Assembly (NCBI RefSeq): GCF_000142905.1
Contig: NW_013657678.1
Span: 1 to 64,000, forward strand
DNA length: 64,000 nt
Direction: 5' to 3'
Source: Thecamonas trahens ATCC 50062
Lineage: Eukaryota > Protista > Apusomonadida
The stretch's first letter is position 1. Each line of letters opens with the position of its first letter. Below the pieces are notes generated by a model. It was not told where the DNA came from. It did not search any database and saw only the letters and a program-made list of their open reading frames with translations. Shown here piece by piece: positions 23,064 through 38,200 of this stretch. Both the position numbers and the translations under genes were made by a program.

Positions 23064-26000
23064 TCACTCGTCAGAATCCGAGTCCGAGTCGTCAATGACC
23101 ACGCGCCGCTGCATCCGCGCTACCACTGGCACGCCTGCACCCTCGATCTCCATCGGCGCCAGCCCAGCGCCGGCCAAACCCGGCGCCAGCGGCGTCCGCT
23201 GCGAGAGGATTGAAAAGCCGCTCGCCGCAACGCCCGACTCGTCGTCCGACTCGGACTCGGACTCGGAGAGCACCCGCGTACGCTTCCGCCGCGCCTCGCG
23301 CGCCTCGGCTGCCCGCTTCTGCCGCCGCTCCTCGCGCCGCTTGCGGAGGAGCTCGCGCGACCGCTGCGCAGCACGCGCCAGCGCCGCCTTGGCTGCCTCG
23401 TCGTCCGACGACCCGGACGAGTCGCTCTCCGAGTCGGACGTGCTCGACTCTGAGCCCGAGCCAGAGTCCGAGCCCGACTGTGACCCGTCTTCCGATCCGA
23501 TCTCCGAGTACGACCCGTCGTCGTCGCCGTCGTCGCCGTCGTCGACCTCGTCGTCGGCGGCAATAAACGCCAGATCCTCGGCCGTCCAGATCTCGTCCTC
23601 CTCCTCGTCGTCACCGCGCTTGCGCGACGCCGCGTACGACGCTGCCAACGCCGCCAGCTCAGCCTCGTCCGTCGCCTCGATCGCCGCCGCCAGCAGCGCT
23701 CCGGCCTCGAGCTTGTTGAGCGTAGCCAGCAGCTTGCGGAGCTTGCGCCGGAGCCAGTACGGCACCCGCCAGAACGTCGCCAGTTGTGCCTTGGCCTGCC
23801 CGACCGCGTCAAGCTTGTCCACATCCTCCGGCAACGCGACCGGTGCCTCAAGCCCCAGCGCCTGCATGACCGCAGCCAGCTCGCGCGACTCGAGGTAGAA
23901 CCACTCCGCCATCGACCGCGGCTTGATCGGCCACCCGAACGCCTTGCGCATCGGTCTCACCGCAGGCGTGTCGCTTGCCACGTACAGCGCAAGCTGTGCC
24001 CGGACAAAGCAGAGGCCCATGGCGTAGCCCGGCGAGGCCACCAGAGCCCGCATCGCGCCAGCCAGTGCAGCCTTGCGCGTGGCCTCGTCCGCGTCGTCTG
24101 CCACTGCGCTCCCGAGCTCCGCGGCACTCCACCGCTTGACCCCGTCAGGCGCGTCGGCCGGTGGGGGCAGCGTCGCAGCGTCGCCCTCGGCCTCGGCGTC
24201 CGAGTCCGACTCGGACGATCGACCGACAGTGTCGTCGAGCGCCTGCGACCGCCGCCGCTTGCGCGACCGCCGAGTCGACGCGCGCCGCGAGCCGGAACCC
24301 TCGCCGCCGGCAGCCACCTCGGCCGCTGCCGCCACCGCCGCGTGTAGGCTCTGTGCCTTGCGCAGCGCAAAGCCTGCCATGTCCAGCCGCGACTCCAGCG
24401 TGTCCGGATCCATGCTCGCCGGCACTGCCCACAGCGGCACGTCTTCCGAGACCGGTGGGTGCAGGCCGAGGAGGCCGAGAACCTGCTGGACTCGAGAGTG
24501 AGTGAGCGCAGCGACCTCGCTCGCCTTTTGCGGCTCGAGCGCATCGCGAGCGAGCGCCCCACCGCGCCGCACAGTCGCCTCGCGCACCTCGTTGACCTCC
24601 TGCAGCAGCGCAATAATCTCGCGAACGTGCGCCGAGTCGCCACTCGCCACAAGCTCCGCCGCCAGAACGTCGAGCCCGGCGCTGAGCTCCGTCGGCAGGC
24701 TGGCATCAACCTCAAACGGCGTGTACGCCACCTGAGGCGGCGCACGCCGCTGGTCCCACACTCCAGCACCCGAGTCAGAGCCCGAGCCCGAGCCCGAGTC
24801 CATGGCCTGGACGCCGTCGTCGTCGTCGTCCGACTCGCTACCCGAGCTGCCCGCGCGACCGCCGCGCCGCCGACGCGACCGGCCACTCCCGCGCGGCTTG
24901 CTCAGCAAGCCCTTGTACCCGAGCTTGGCAGCGCGCGCCTTGATGGCGGTTGGAGACCGGCCCGGGAGCTTGTCAACCAGCCGCGCGAGCAGCGCTTCGG
25001 GATCGTGTGGCGCCGGCGACGCCGAGCCGCTGTGCGACGTGCTGTCGTTGCCGGCCCGGCGGCGGGCGAGCCTGTCCGCCGCTGCAGCGCGCGCGTCGAC
25101 CGCCGTGTTGCACTCGTCCTCGAGCACCTTGAGCTCAGCCTCGGTCCACGTCCCGCCGCGGGCCGCATTGGCCGCGTGCCACCCGGGCGGCGGCGTCATC
25201 TTGTGGTGCTGGATGAGCCAGGCGTCCGAGCCGATTTCGTGAATGTCGCGGATGCGCGAGGTCCGCACATTGATGAGCGCGTCGATGTAGAGCATCGGGT
25301 CGTGGCGGACGCGCTTGGTGAAGCTCGCCATGATAAACTTGGTAAACTTGACCGTTTCCTTGTGGAGGACAGGCTCCTTGACCCGCCACGCCTGGTCGTG
25401 GACCATGGCGTTGAGGAGGGCAAGGATGGAGACCTTGAAGAATGCGCCCTCCATCTGCGCCGAGACTGCGATGCGGTGGAACATGCGGAGGACGTGGTAG
25501 TTGGTCTCGTAGCTGTTGGCCTCGTACGCAGAGAGGACCGCGACATACGCGTCGATGACCTTAGGCGAGCGCGCAAAGTTGCGCACAAACTCGGCAAAGT
25601 CAAACTTGTGCTCGTGGTGAGCGGCCTCGGCCTCAGCCTCGGCCTCGGCCGCTTCTTGAGCGGCAGTCGCTGCTGCCGCTGCTGCTGCCGCCGCCGCCCC
25701 GGCGGTCTCGGCCCCGGCCGCTGCCGCCGACTCGGCCGCCACCGCAGCCTCGGCCGCAGCCTTGTCCTTGGCCTTCCGCTTGCGACGGCCCTTGCGGTAG
25801 ACGTGCTCCTTGTTGGCGGTAAATGCTGCTGTGGTCTTGAGGAACGCGTGGATGGCGTGAATGGCGTCGCGGAGAAAGTCGAGCGAGAACCGCCGCGGCG
25901 TCCATTTGACGACCGCGTTGACCAGCGCCGACTGCAGATCGTTGTGGTAGAGAATGAGGGCGACGACCGGGTCGGCGGCGGCGGTGTTCTGGGCGTCGCC

Positions 26001-28161
26001 GGCAGTGATCATCAGCCGCAGCAAGTCGAGCTGGCTCGCCATGTGCCGGAGCGCCGCCTGCTGGCCGGCCGGGTACTTGTCGGTGGCAAAGGTTGAGATC
26101 CACTTGATGGTGAAGAGGACCGGCTCGGTGTGGGTCGTCACCGCCAGCGGTGCAATGGTGAACGTGGGCTTTCCACACTCGTCCGAGACAAACAGGTGCG
26201 GAAAGGCGGCAAACGAGACGGCGTACAGCTGGCTCACAAAGCTGGCAAGGAAAAAGTAGTTGCACTTGTCGCGCGCCGAGTGCGGGTCGTAAAGCACATC
26301 GGCGGCGGCAAAGACGCTCGTCACCACCTTCATCAGCTTCTCGTAGCCGCCGGCAAGAAAGGCCGAGCCGAGCGAGTAGAGCGCCGCAAGGAGCCGCGGC
26401 TTGGAGCCGACAATGAGTGGAAAGGCCGATGGAAGCGACTTGGGCGGCTTGCGCGCCCGCTTGCCACTATCGTGGCGCGAGCCCGTCGCGCTCAGCTCCG
26501 TCACCGGCTTGTTCCACGAAAAGTGCTGCCCGTTGGCAGCCTGATACCGAAAGACGCCACCAAACCGCGAGTGCCGTGACGGCGCGTGTGCGTTGCGCAT
26601 CTTGCGCGCCGCGGCCTCGAGCCGCGCTGTCCGCGCTAGCGCAGACATGTTGGCCGCAAGCGGTGCCGAGACGCCTTTGCCCTGCCGCGGCCCCTCAACC
26701 ATCAGGTCCTGGATGCCGAGTGGGTCGCTGCTGGCAGTCTCGGCACCGCCGCCGCCTTTGGCTTGGCTTTGCGGTGGTGACCGCGGTGCGGCTCCCGCGC
26801 CGTCCTTGTGGGCCTGGACGAGCTGCCGCGGGTCGCGCCCGCGGAACAAGTTGGCAAAGATCTCCAGACACGTCATCGCCCACGGCTCGTTGTCCGGCGA
26901 CGCAATGTCGGCGACAAGTGCGAGGAACAGGTCCGGCACGTCGTACGAGAACAGGGCGTCGACAAAGTCATCGTGGAGGTGGACCCGGTGAGCGCCGGCA
27001 GAGCCGGCCTGGGGCCGCGGGTCCGGCACAATCAGCAAGTTGCGAAGGAGCGCGAGGACGAGGCCAATGAGGTCGTTGTCTTTCTGCGACCGGCCCTCAC
27101 CGCCGTTGGCCACATCATGCGAGAGCGGCTCCAGGAGGAGCGAGAGTAGCGACGGGAGCACGCCCGGTTTGAGAAACGCCTCCTTGTACGCTTGCAGGCA
27201 CTCGGTGTACGCCAGTGTGTTCTTGAAAAGCTTCTCCTTCTCCTCGATCCCGGGCTCTTCCTCCACAGGCATCGTGAGCATGGTAATGAGCTTGAGCACT
27301 GCCATGGCCAGCGCCCCTTCGTTGGCGTAGTTCACCAGTAGCGGGAGCAGGTCACGCTGCATGACAGACCACTGCCCAAGCGCAAGGTGAAACTCCTTTG
27401 TCCTCGGGTTATCCCGCCGCAGGTACCGCACCAGGTCGCGGACAACATCTGTGTGGGAAAGGGGGAGAAGGGGGGGGGTGGGGGTGGGGTGGGGGTGGGG
27501 GAGAGTGCAGGCAGTGGCGGTGTTCCGTCTGGTGGCACCTATCCTCTCTGTCTTTTGTTGCTGTGTGTGGTCGGAGAGAGCACAGCGCGGTCACATCGAT
27601 GGCCGGCGGCAAAGGAGATGGCCGCACGACTCGACTCACTTGGCTCTCTCCTCACACCGCACAGTGCCTCCGCAGGCAGCGGCCCCGATGCATCAGCAGG
27701 CAGAGGTGCCGATGGTGCGGGCAAAGTGCCGATCATGACCGNNNNNNNNNNNNNNNNNNNNNNNNNNNNNNNNNNNNNNNNNNNNNNNNNNNNNNNNNNN
27801 NNNNNNNNNNNNNNNNNNNNNNNNNNNNNNNNNNNNNNNNNGAGCGTATCGTTCTCGGGTACAGGCGCAAGGTATACTCGCTTGGCGTTGACACCACGGG
27901 AGTGGTTTTAACAGCCTGTCACGGGCAACATATACTGAGTGGGGGGGGGGGGGGGTTGAGAGGGCGTAGAATCTATGCGTCAGGATAGGGTTGAGGAAAA
28001 GGCCACCAGGGGTGGGGATGGGAAAGAGGGGAAGGGAGGGGAGAGGGGAGTCATGGCGTACACAGACAGTCGTCGCCCTTGTGGTAGGTGTCTGGATGGG
28101 CGTCGTCGAGCGAGCCCAGTGCTGCGCAGCAGGCTAGCAGGTCGTCGGTGTTGTACGCCAT
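23064..28161 (-). CDS. TIMELESS: Timeless/Tof1/Swi1 replication fork protection complex subunit (exon 1 28161-28062, exon 2 27448-23064)
   Basis: Spliced N-terminus MAYNTDDLLACCAALG...TYHKGDDCLYVVRDLVRYLRRD...DLLPLL; LRNLL.VPD and SRHSRFGG motifs. The phase-1 GTACG..CAG intron spans an N gap. Confidence 0.9.
27742..27841. other. Assembly gap (100 N) inside the Timeless intron
   Basis: Run of N. Confidence 0.99.
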
Positions 28162-28367
28162 GGTCGGCGGCTGTGGCGACGAGTGACTGTCGTCGGGTGG
28201 TCCGGCCGCCGCCCGCCGACTGGCGACGGTTGGTCGTGGGGGGTACAGAGGGGGTAAAACTGTGTTTGATGGTTGCGGAGGTCCGAGACCGAGCTCCTCG
28301 GTGGAGAGCAGACGGCAGGGGGGGAGGGGGGGAGGGGGGGAGGGGGGGAGGGGGTCGAGAGCGATGA

Positions 28368-29051
28368 CTACTGGATCTTGAGCACCTCGATGTCAAAGAT
28401 GAGGTCGTCTCCAGAGCCGATGCCGAACGCGGCGTAGCCGCCCGAGCCGTAGGCCCACGACGACGGGGCGTCGAGGATGACGTGGCCGCCGTTCTTCATG
28501 CCGAGCAGGCCCTCGTCCCAGGCCTGATGGGTACAAGTGCGACCGATGCGAGAGTGAGTGCGGAGAGGGAGGAAGGGAGGGAGGGAGGGAGGGAGGGAGG
28601 GAGGGAGGGAGGGAGGGAGGGAGGGAGGGAGGGAGAGGGGATGCGGAGAGTACGTACGCGGATGACCGAGCCCTGGCCGATGGTGAAGGAGAACGGCTTC
28701 TGGCCCGGGTCCTTAGTTGACCAGAACTTCTTGCCAGTCCGCTTGATGGTCCCGGTGCAGTGAACCGTGATGGTGTCGCCGGCCTTGATGGCCGCACCAG
28801 TGCCCTCGGAGACAATGTCCTTGCCAAGCTCGTCTGCGCTCACCCGCACCCGTCCATCCACCCACCCAACACCCAACATGGTCCCGCCAACCAGCATGTC
28901 CCCGCCACCCGCATTCCCGCCACGTCGCGCCACCGCATACCCGAGGCGACCGCCCACACACCCATGAGTCACCCGCCCGCAACCACAACCACAACCACAA
29001 CCACAACCACAACCACAACCACAACCACAACCACAACATACCGCTGCTCAT
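28368..29051 (-). CDS. FKBP-type peptidyl-prolyl isomerase (3 exons: 29051-29042, 28833-28658, 28523-28368)
   Basis: Spliced product MSSDELGKDIVSEGTG..GDTITVHCTG..FWST..PFSFTIGQGSVIRAWDEGLLGM..AYG..LIFDIEVL. Confidence 0.92.
28981..29037. repeat. (ACCACA)n microsatellite in FKBP intron 1; a (GGGA)n tract at 28575-28634 lies in intron 2
   Basis: Direct observation. Confidence 0.9.
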
Positions 29052-29414
29052 GTTGTTGTGAAAATGAGTAAGGTGGTCGTGATAGTGCTCGTGGTCATAA
29101 CCGCTGCCGCTGCCGTACCCGAGGCCCTGACCGAGACAAGGCTCAACAAGCCGCGCGACCCGCATCAAGCGACCCGTCGCCCGCGTATCCCCACCCACCC
29201 CCACACCCACACCCACCCCATCCCCCACCCCACACACACTCTCTCACACACACCAGCTTCACACGCACAAAGCACCACACAAGCCTAAACCCCAGACATC
29301 CCTTGTACTAGACTCTCTTCATTCACGCATCGCCATCGCCATCGCCATCGCTATCGCCATCGACATGGTCAATCACATACCCATCGTGTCGCGTCGTCCG
29401 CGCGCGCAGGCAAG

Positions 29415-30297
29415 TCAGGACAGACGCCGGGTCGGCGGAAGGGTGTTGTCAAAGACATGGATCTTGTTCTTGTCAAGGGAGAACTTGATCGATGCCCGCT
29501 TCTTGCCGTTGGCCTTGCCCTTGCCCTTGCCCTTGCCAGACTTGGTCGACTCGGTCTTGGGCTTCTTGGGCGGGAGGCCGGCCTTGGCGCGCCGCTTGGC
29601 GTCGGCCTCCTCCTTAGCGCGCGCCTTGGCGCGGCGCTTGCGGGCACGGCGCGAGGTGCGGCCCTTGCGCTCCTTCTCGAGGCGAGCCTGCTCGCGCTCG
29701 GCCTGGATGGCGGCGACCTGGCCGGGGGAGCCCTTGGCGAGGACCGCGTTGCTGATGATGCGTTCAACGTCGGGCACGCCCTGGTGCTTGGCCTTGCGCT
29801 TCTTGGGGCGGACACGCTTCTCCTCGTTCTCATCGTCGACGGTAAAGTCGACCACATCGTCAATGAACGGGTGCTTCTTGCGATCGACCTTGACCTGCTT
29901 GGCCTTCTTGGCCGCCTTGCGCTTCGCCTCCTTCACCGCCTTCTTAGCCTTGAGCAGCCGCGCCGCAGACTCCTCGGCCTCCTGTGCGCTCACCTCGGCC
30001 GTCTTCGCCCCGCCCTCGGCCGCGTCGTCGTCGTCCCACTCAAACTTGGACTTGGCAATGCCAGACTCGAGTGCCTTCAGCTGCGCGTCCTTAAGCGCGC
30101 TCACCTCGTCGCCGAGCCCGTCCGACGACGACCCGTCCGAGTCGACCTCGTCAAACTCGACGTCGTCGTCGTCGTCGTCATCGCACGATCCCGAGTCGGA
30201 CGACGACGAGCCGCCGGCGCTCTTGCCAAACGCCTTGCGGTAGTGGCTCAGCGCCGACGTCTTGGCCCGCTTGGCCGCTGGCGCCTCGTCCTCCTCT

Positions 30298-30342
<45 letters not shown>

Positions 30343-31763
30343 AACGACGACGACGAGCCGGCCTCCAACTCGGAATCAGACTCCGTGTCGGACGTCGCGG
30401 CCGCAGCCGCAGCCACAGCCAAAGCCGCAGCCGCCTCGTCTGCCCCACGCTTGCGCTTGTTGGACGACAGCGAGACAAGCGACGGCCGCTCGATGGGAAT
30501 GTCCAGCTTCGACGCAGACGAAACAATGAGGTCAAACACGTCGTACAGCATCTTCCGCCGCTTCCTGTTGATTGTCGCCTTGTCGGCGGCGGCGGCAAAG
30601 GCCACGTTGGCCAGGACCTGCGGGTCAAAGACGTGGACAAGTGTGTCGTGACCCGGCTCGAGCGCCTCGAGCGCAGACTCGTAGTCGTCGCCAATGGCGC
30701 CCGTCACGTCGCCGTCGTCGTCGCTGTCGTCTTCGCCGGTCTCCATCTTGGCCATGGCCTCGCCCAGAACCTCGCCCACCAGCTCAGAGTCGGCCGCCCA
30801 CGAATCAATCATCAGCCGCAGCACCCGCTTGTCGGCCGTCCGCGCCAGCGATTCCTTGGGCGACGACATGATGGCGTCGAGCGCAGGCTCGACCACCACC
30901 ATCAGCAGTGCCATGTCCGTCACCAGGCCCTCGACCTGCAGCGCCTCAAAGAGCATGATGTCAAGAACATGAAGCATGATGCCAGAAGCGAGGTTGATGA
31001 TGTCCTTCCGGCTTCTGGCCGCGCAATCTTGACCTTGACGTCCGGACGCGAGTTGCGCGCTGCCTGCGGCTTGGACAGCGTCGTCAGAATGAGGTTAAGG
31101 TTCATCAGCCGCTTGTGCTTGGAGACCTCGTCCGGTGCCGCTGCGCAAAACTTGTACGCATGCCGGAGCATGACTCGGATGAGCATGAGGTACTTGTTCA
31201 TCCGGTGCTGGTCGATCTTGAGCCACTTGCGCTGCATGGTCTCAAAGAAGATGGCCGTGAACAGGAGGTTCTTCCCCGGCGGCATGTCGTTGATGAGCTT
31301 GGCAATCGAGACCGCAACCTCATCCTGCACCACAGGCTTGTCCGTCATGTACATGGTGTAGTACAGTCCCTCCCAGAGCTTCTTCATCTCCAGCGTCGCA
31401 ATCGTCTCCTGACTCTGAATCCACTCGCGCAGCTCCCTCATCGCCTTGTCCCTCGTCCCTTTGTTGGTCGCCGCCAGAAACTTGCCAAACATGATCTTCC
31501 GCTCCATCGACAGCTCCACATCATCACCATGCTGCGCCTACTCTCCCTCCACCCCATCCCCATCCCCATTCCCCCGCCATACGTGAGTTGCTCTCCTTCC
31601 CCCCCGCCCCCTCCCCCTCTCCCTGGCCTAACAGGGATGGATTGATGGATGAGCCGCTCCCACTCCCTTCCGACCCCTGCTACCTGGTTCAGCCACGACC
31701 ATCTCGCGACGCGCTCGGCAGAGGTACAACGCATACTGCCGCACACAACAAGGTGCATACCAT
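29415..31763 (-). CDS. RRP1: RRP1/Nop52 ribosomal RNA processing protein (likely ATG-only first coding exon; apparent frameshift near 31015)
   Basis: LAA....RDKA...L..W, KKLWEGLYYTMYMTDKPVVQ and W..ID.HR.NKY.ML.R Nop52 motifs; acidic/basic low-complexity tail. Proposed intron 31760-31532. Confidence 0.85.
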
Positions 31764-32479
31764 GGTGTAAAGGTGGGGTGAAGTGGGTGAGCTTGGCCAC
31801 GAGTCGGAGGTGCCAGTCGGGAGGCGGTCCAACTGCGAGCGAGGATGGCCCGGCCTCCACTCCCTCACTCACTCGCGCGCCCGGACCGCCGCTCGACAGT
31901 TTGTTGCAGCCAGTACGGGGCTACTCCACGTGAAACTACGGCCATCAAGGTAAGGCTGAAACCAAAGTGGCCAAAGGTTACATCGCTGGTGCATGATGTC
32001 CATCCTGTTTTCCATCGCGCGTGCGGGAGAGCCCTGATGAAGCTCTTGCTCCGACTTGGCTCCAACTCTTACCACGACCCGACCCCGGCCAGCCACCATC
32101 GCCATCGCCACCACAAGCCAAGAAAGCCAGCCACTCGGACCACTGGTCTCAAGCTGCGCATCCAAACGGCGCAGACCCACCGCCGCCCCATCATGTCATG
32201 ATGGTGGCTATCCTCCAAGTCGCACCAGTGTTGTCAGCCATTCATCCGTCCAATGAGGTACATCATGTGTGGATCGCGACAATGACCAGCCCATCGGGGG
32301 CGTCGGTCATGGTCACCGGCAGCCGCGGCGCAAGCGCGTGCGCACACGTGCCGCGCAAGCAGCCGGCCGAAGCGGAGGAGTCAACCCAGAGGCACTTGCT
32401 TTGGCCATTTCGGCTAACGGCGGACACGGGCGAGTAGCTCGTCTCCACGGCCTGCACCACTCTCATCATCACTACTCCA

Positions 32480-34110
<1,631 letters not shown>

Positions 34111-34139
34111 GCTGCCTGCATCATCCCTTCTTGCATACA

Positions 34140-34682
34140 TTAATACTTCACAGTGCGGCAGAGCCAGTCGGCCACGCTCTCCGCCGTCTCGGCGCAGCTC
34201 GCCCCGCCACCCGCGTCGACTACCAGCCCGCGCCGATCGCCCACCTCGTCCGTCGCCAGCGCCTCCAGTGACTCAAACTGAGACGCCACAAGCGCCGCAG
34301 GCATAAAATGACCCTCCCGCCCCGCCACCCGCCCCGCCACCACATCTTCCGCCACATCAAGGTGGACAAAGACCAGTCCGCGCCCACATCGTCGCCGCAG
34401 CGTATCACGATACGCCCGCTTCAGCGCCGAGCACGACGTCACGGCCCACAGGCCGCACTCGGTAACCTCCCGCATCATGTCAGCAAGAGCCTCCAGCCAC
34501 GGCATCCGATCATCATCGTCCAGCGGAATCCCGGCCGCCATCTTCTCCACGTTGGCCTGCGGATGCACCTCGTCGCCCTCTACAAACCTGGCCGCTCGGC
34601 TCCTCGCCGCCAGCGCCGCCACAAGCTCGCTGCCCACTGACGACTTGCCGCACCCGCTCACCCCCATCACCACAACCGCCAT
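34140..34682 (-). CDS. IDNK: Gluconokinase (GntK/IdnK family)
   Basis: VMGVSGCGKSSVG P-loop, HP.ANVEKM..GIPL.DDDR.PWL, CSALKRAYR and HFMPA.L..SQF.SLE motifs. Confidence 0.93.
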   Translation of the reverse strand: MAVVVMGVSGCGKSSVGSELVAALAARSRAARFVEGDEVHPQANVEKMAAGIPLDDDDRMPWLEALADMMREVTECGLWAVTSCSALKRAYRDTLRRRCGRGLVFVHLDVAEDVVAGRVAGREGHFMPAALVASQFESLEALATDEVGDRRGLVVDAGGGASCAETAESVADWLCRTVKY

Positions 34683-35285
34683 CGCGCTCTCGTCCTCTCC
34701 GGCACCGTCTGTTGACGCCGTCTTGCCTCCTCCTCTGCCCCTTTCGAGTGGTGTGTTCAGCCCATCGTGCCTCCTCCCCCCCCCCCCCATCAATAATTTG
34801 ATGACATCTTGCTCAACTCCCTCACCCGCGGCTCCACGTCCTCGCCACGCCAAACGCATGCCACACCTCCTATCAGAGCCTCCGAGCTCGCCCATCGCCG
34901 CACCGCTGCCTATCATCCTCGGACGCCCGAAATCGTTGGAAATCGGGCCGCCGTCTTTCGCCCAGACTGTCTCCCCATGTCACCTATGACACGGCAAACT
35001 GAGTTTTGCTGATCACTCACTCTGATCTGCGTGTTGCCCTCCCTCCATCCCAACTCGGCCATGCCCTCCCCTCTCTCGCCCCTATCTTCCACCACTTACG
35101 AGGTAATGCCTTTTCTTTCACCCCCTGACGGTATCATTGCACCTCCATGCCCAGTGATCGCAGCACCGTGTCGCAATCGCTCTGTCGCAATCAACAGCCT
35201 AAAAAAGGCGGCGCCTGTTTTTCGTCGCTCGCGCCGCCCTCTCACACACTCGTCTCCCCCATACTGAACACCTCCTTCATCCGTC

Positions 35286-38200
35286 ATGGAGGACCAGCAC
35301 ATCGCCGGCAGGTGGAGCGGCAAGTTTTCATCGTCAGCCAATCCAGAGTATGTTGTTGAGCTGGACGCAGCTATAGCGCTGCTGCCGTCAGGCGGCTTTC
35401 CATCGATCTTTGGCGCGTCTGCCGACGGTGACCTGGTCATCGGCACGTACGCGGCCGAGTCACGCAAGGCCACGTTCCGAGTCTCAGGCATTGCCGCCGG
35501 ATCTGACGACGGCACGCTGGTCTTCACAGGCACGGTCTTTGGCGGGTCCGGCTCGAGCTCCAGCTCGGATGCCGCGGTGGTGCGGATGGCCGGGACATGG
35601 AACCAGCCTTCGAGCGGTGTGTCGGGCATGTTCGGCCTGATGCTCGTCGAGCCAGGCGCGTCGCTGGCCGGAGTGTGGAAGGGCGAGGCCGTGCCTGCGC
35701 CTGAGCTCGCCCCGTTCTGCATCCCGACCAATCCCATCACCTGGGTCCTTGCTCCTATTCCTGACCGCGGCGATGCGGTTGTCGGCGCAGGCTTCTTTGA
35801 CGATGCCGCCGACGTGCCCGGCCAGCCGGTCATCGCCTTTACCGTCACCGGCACTTGTACCGTCGAAGGCGACGAGAACAAGCTCAAGCTCGTCAAGCAG
35901 TACGAGTACAACGAAGCCGTCGAGAACTACGCTGTCGACTATGTCGGTGTTTGGGACAAGAGCGCCCAGGCCGTCTCTGGCTCGTGGCGCAACGAGCTCG
36001 GCGGCTCGCACGGCTCCTTCCATGCTCGGCGGCTGGACCCATCGACCGCCGTCTCGGCCGCCACTCTTGTCTGTGCCGAGTGCGCCACGCTCTGCACACC
36101 GGGCGATGAGTTCCACGAGTGCATCGCCTGCCGGTCTCCGGGCTACATCGCCTGCGCCGCCTGTGCTCCCACCTCGCCTCACACGGCGTCGGCCGGCGCC
36201 GGCCACACCCTCGACCCGCAACGACTCTACGCGCCACAGCAGGTCCGCGGTGAGACATGCGCGGAGCTTGTAGTGGCTGCGCTCGACGCCTTTGCCTCCC
36301 GCCCGTTCATCGCCTCCCGCTCCACCGGCGGCTGGCTGACCTACGCCGACATTGCCGCCACGGCCCGAGGCTGGACCCGCCAACTGGCGCCGCACGCGCC
36401 GGCCGGCAAGGTTGTCCTGCTCGGCGACATGAGCCCAGCCTATGTCTCCGCCATGGTCGGCACCATTGCTGCAGGCGTCGTTGTCGTGCCCATCGACGGC
36501 GCTCTGCCGATCGAGACCCTGGCTGCTGTCGGCGCCAAGGTCGCGCCAGTCGCCGTCCTCTGCTCTGCCGACTACGTTGCCAAGGCCGAGGCCATGAACG
36601 CCGGAACCGTTATTGTCTACGAGGAAGACGCCACCGACGGCGCCTCTCCAGATGACGAGAGCCCGGGGCCCCAGCTCGAGATTCCCGCGCGCGACCGTGG
36701 TGATCTCGCCGCACTGCTGTTTACCTCAGGCTCGACTGGCGTGCCCAAGGGTGCCATGTACACCGAGGCCATGCTCCTTCCGACCTTTGCCGGCGGCACC
36801 AACATGTGGCGGATGATCCGCCTCGACTTTCAGGCCTTCCACCCATCGTTCATTGTCTCGCTCCTCGCCCTCATGTCGTGCGGCGGGAGTCGGTTCCTCG
36901 CCACCGATCCGACGACGCTGCTGGAGGACATGACGCTGGCGCGGGCGACCCACATCTCGGCGCCGCCACTCCTGTTTTCTCTCCTCCGCAAGGCCTACGA
37001 CGAAGTGATTCGCCAGACCGCGAGCCGCGAGGCCGGCCTCGCCCGAGTCCGGGCGTGCCTCGGCAACCGGCTTGTCTCGCTCATCTCGGGCGGCGGTGCC
37101 ATTGCACCGTCGACCCTCGACTTTTTCCGCAACGACGTCGGCGTCACCGTCGACGATCTGCTTGGCTCGCGCGAGGCCGGCCCACTCGCCAAGAACGGCG
37201 AGCTCTATCCGTCAGTCACGCCGCTCCTGCTTGACGTCGAGAGCCTCGAGCCGTCAGTGCCGCTGGCTGTCGGCGCAGTCGGCGTCCTCGCTGTCGCCTC
37301 ACCGCGGCTCATTCCGGGCTACTACGACGACGAGGCCCGAAGCGCCCGCGCCTTTACCACCGTTGCCGGTACCCGGTACTATATCACCGGCGACGTTGTT
37401 AGGGTGTTGAGCCTGCCGGGCCCTCTCAGGAACCTGAAGATCGCGCTCGAGGGCCGTGTCGGCTACGGGTGTAAGCTCGCCAACGCCAAGTGGCTCGCAC
37501 CCGATGCGCTTGAGGCCGTCCTCGAGGCTGCGCCGTGGGTCTTGCACGCGCTCGTTGTCGCCCGTCCGGGCACCTCGGCGCCGGTCGCCATCATTGTCCC
37601 GTCGCATCTTGCCCCGACTGACGTCGATCCGCCCTCCATGCTTGCCGAGCTGCGGTTCTGGTGCACCCACCATCACAGCCAGTTTACCCTTGCTGCCGTG
37701 GCGCTCGAGCACGAGCGCTGGTCGCACGCCAACGGCATGCTCACCGCCACAGCCAAAAAGGCGCGCGCCGCGCTCCATGCTTGCTACAAGACCATCATCG
37801 ACGCGCTCTATGACGCGCCTGCCGCTCCAAAGGGCGCCGATGTGGCGCTCTCGCCGATCATGGCCGATCTGCTGCGGACAAGCATCGGTGTCGACGTCGA
37901 TGACAGCGGGCGCGTCGACGCCTCGGTCGCCACATCCACTCTGCTTGAGCTTGGCGGCGACTCGCTCGCACTCGCCCAACTGGTCGGCAAGCTCCAGAAG
38001 GCCGGTGTTGCGCTCTCGATGGCTGACGCCCAGATGTACTCGGTGGCACACCTGGACGGGATGGCGCTGCGTGCAAGCGAGAGCGTCGGCGCCGCGGCCG
38101 CGCTCCCACGATCTGTTCGGCGTGCCGTCAACTGGAGCGCCGAGGTGGCGATGCCGATGGCGGATCTCACGCCTGTCCATAAGGCAAGCACGTCGCCAAG

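Noticed and set aside
9993-28161. Functional cluster of genome-maintenance genes (CENP-W, XPD, PRIM1, Timeless)
   Set aside because: Interspersed with unrelated genes and plausible by chance in a gene-dense genome.
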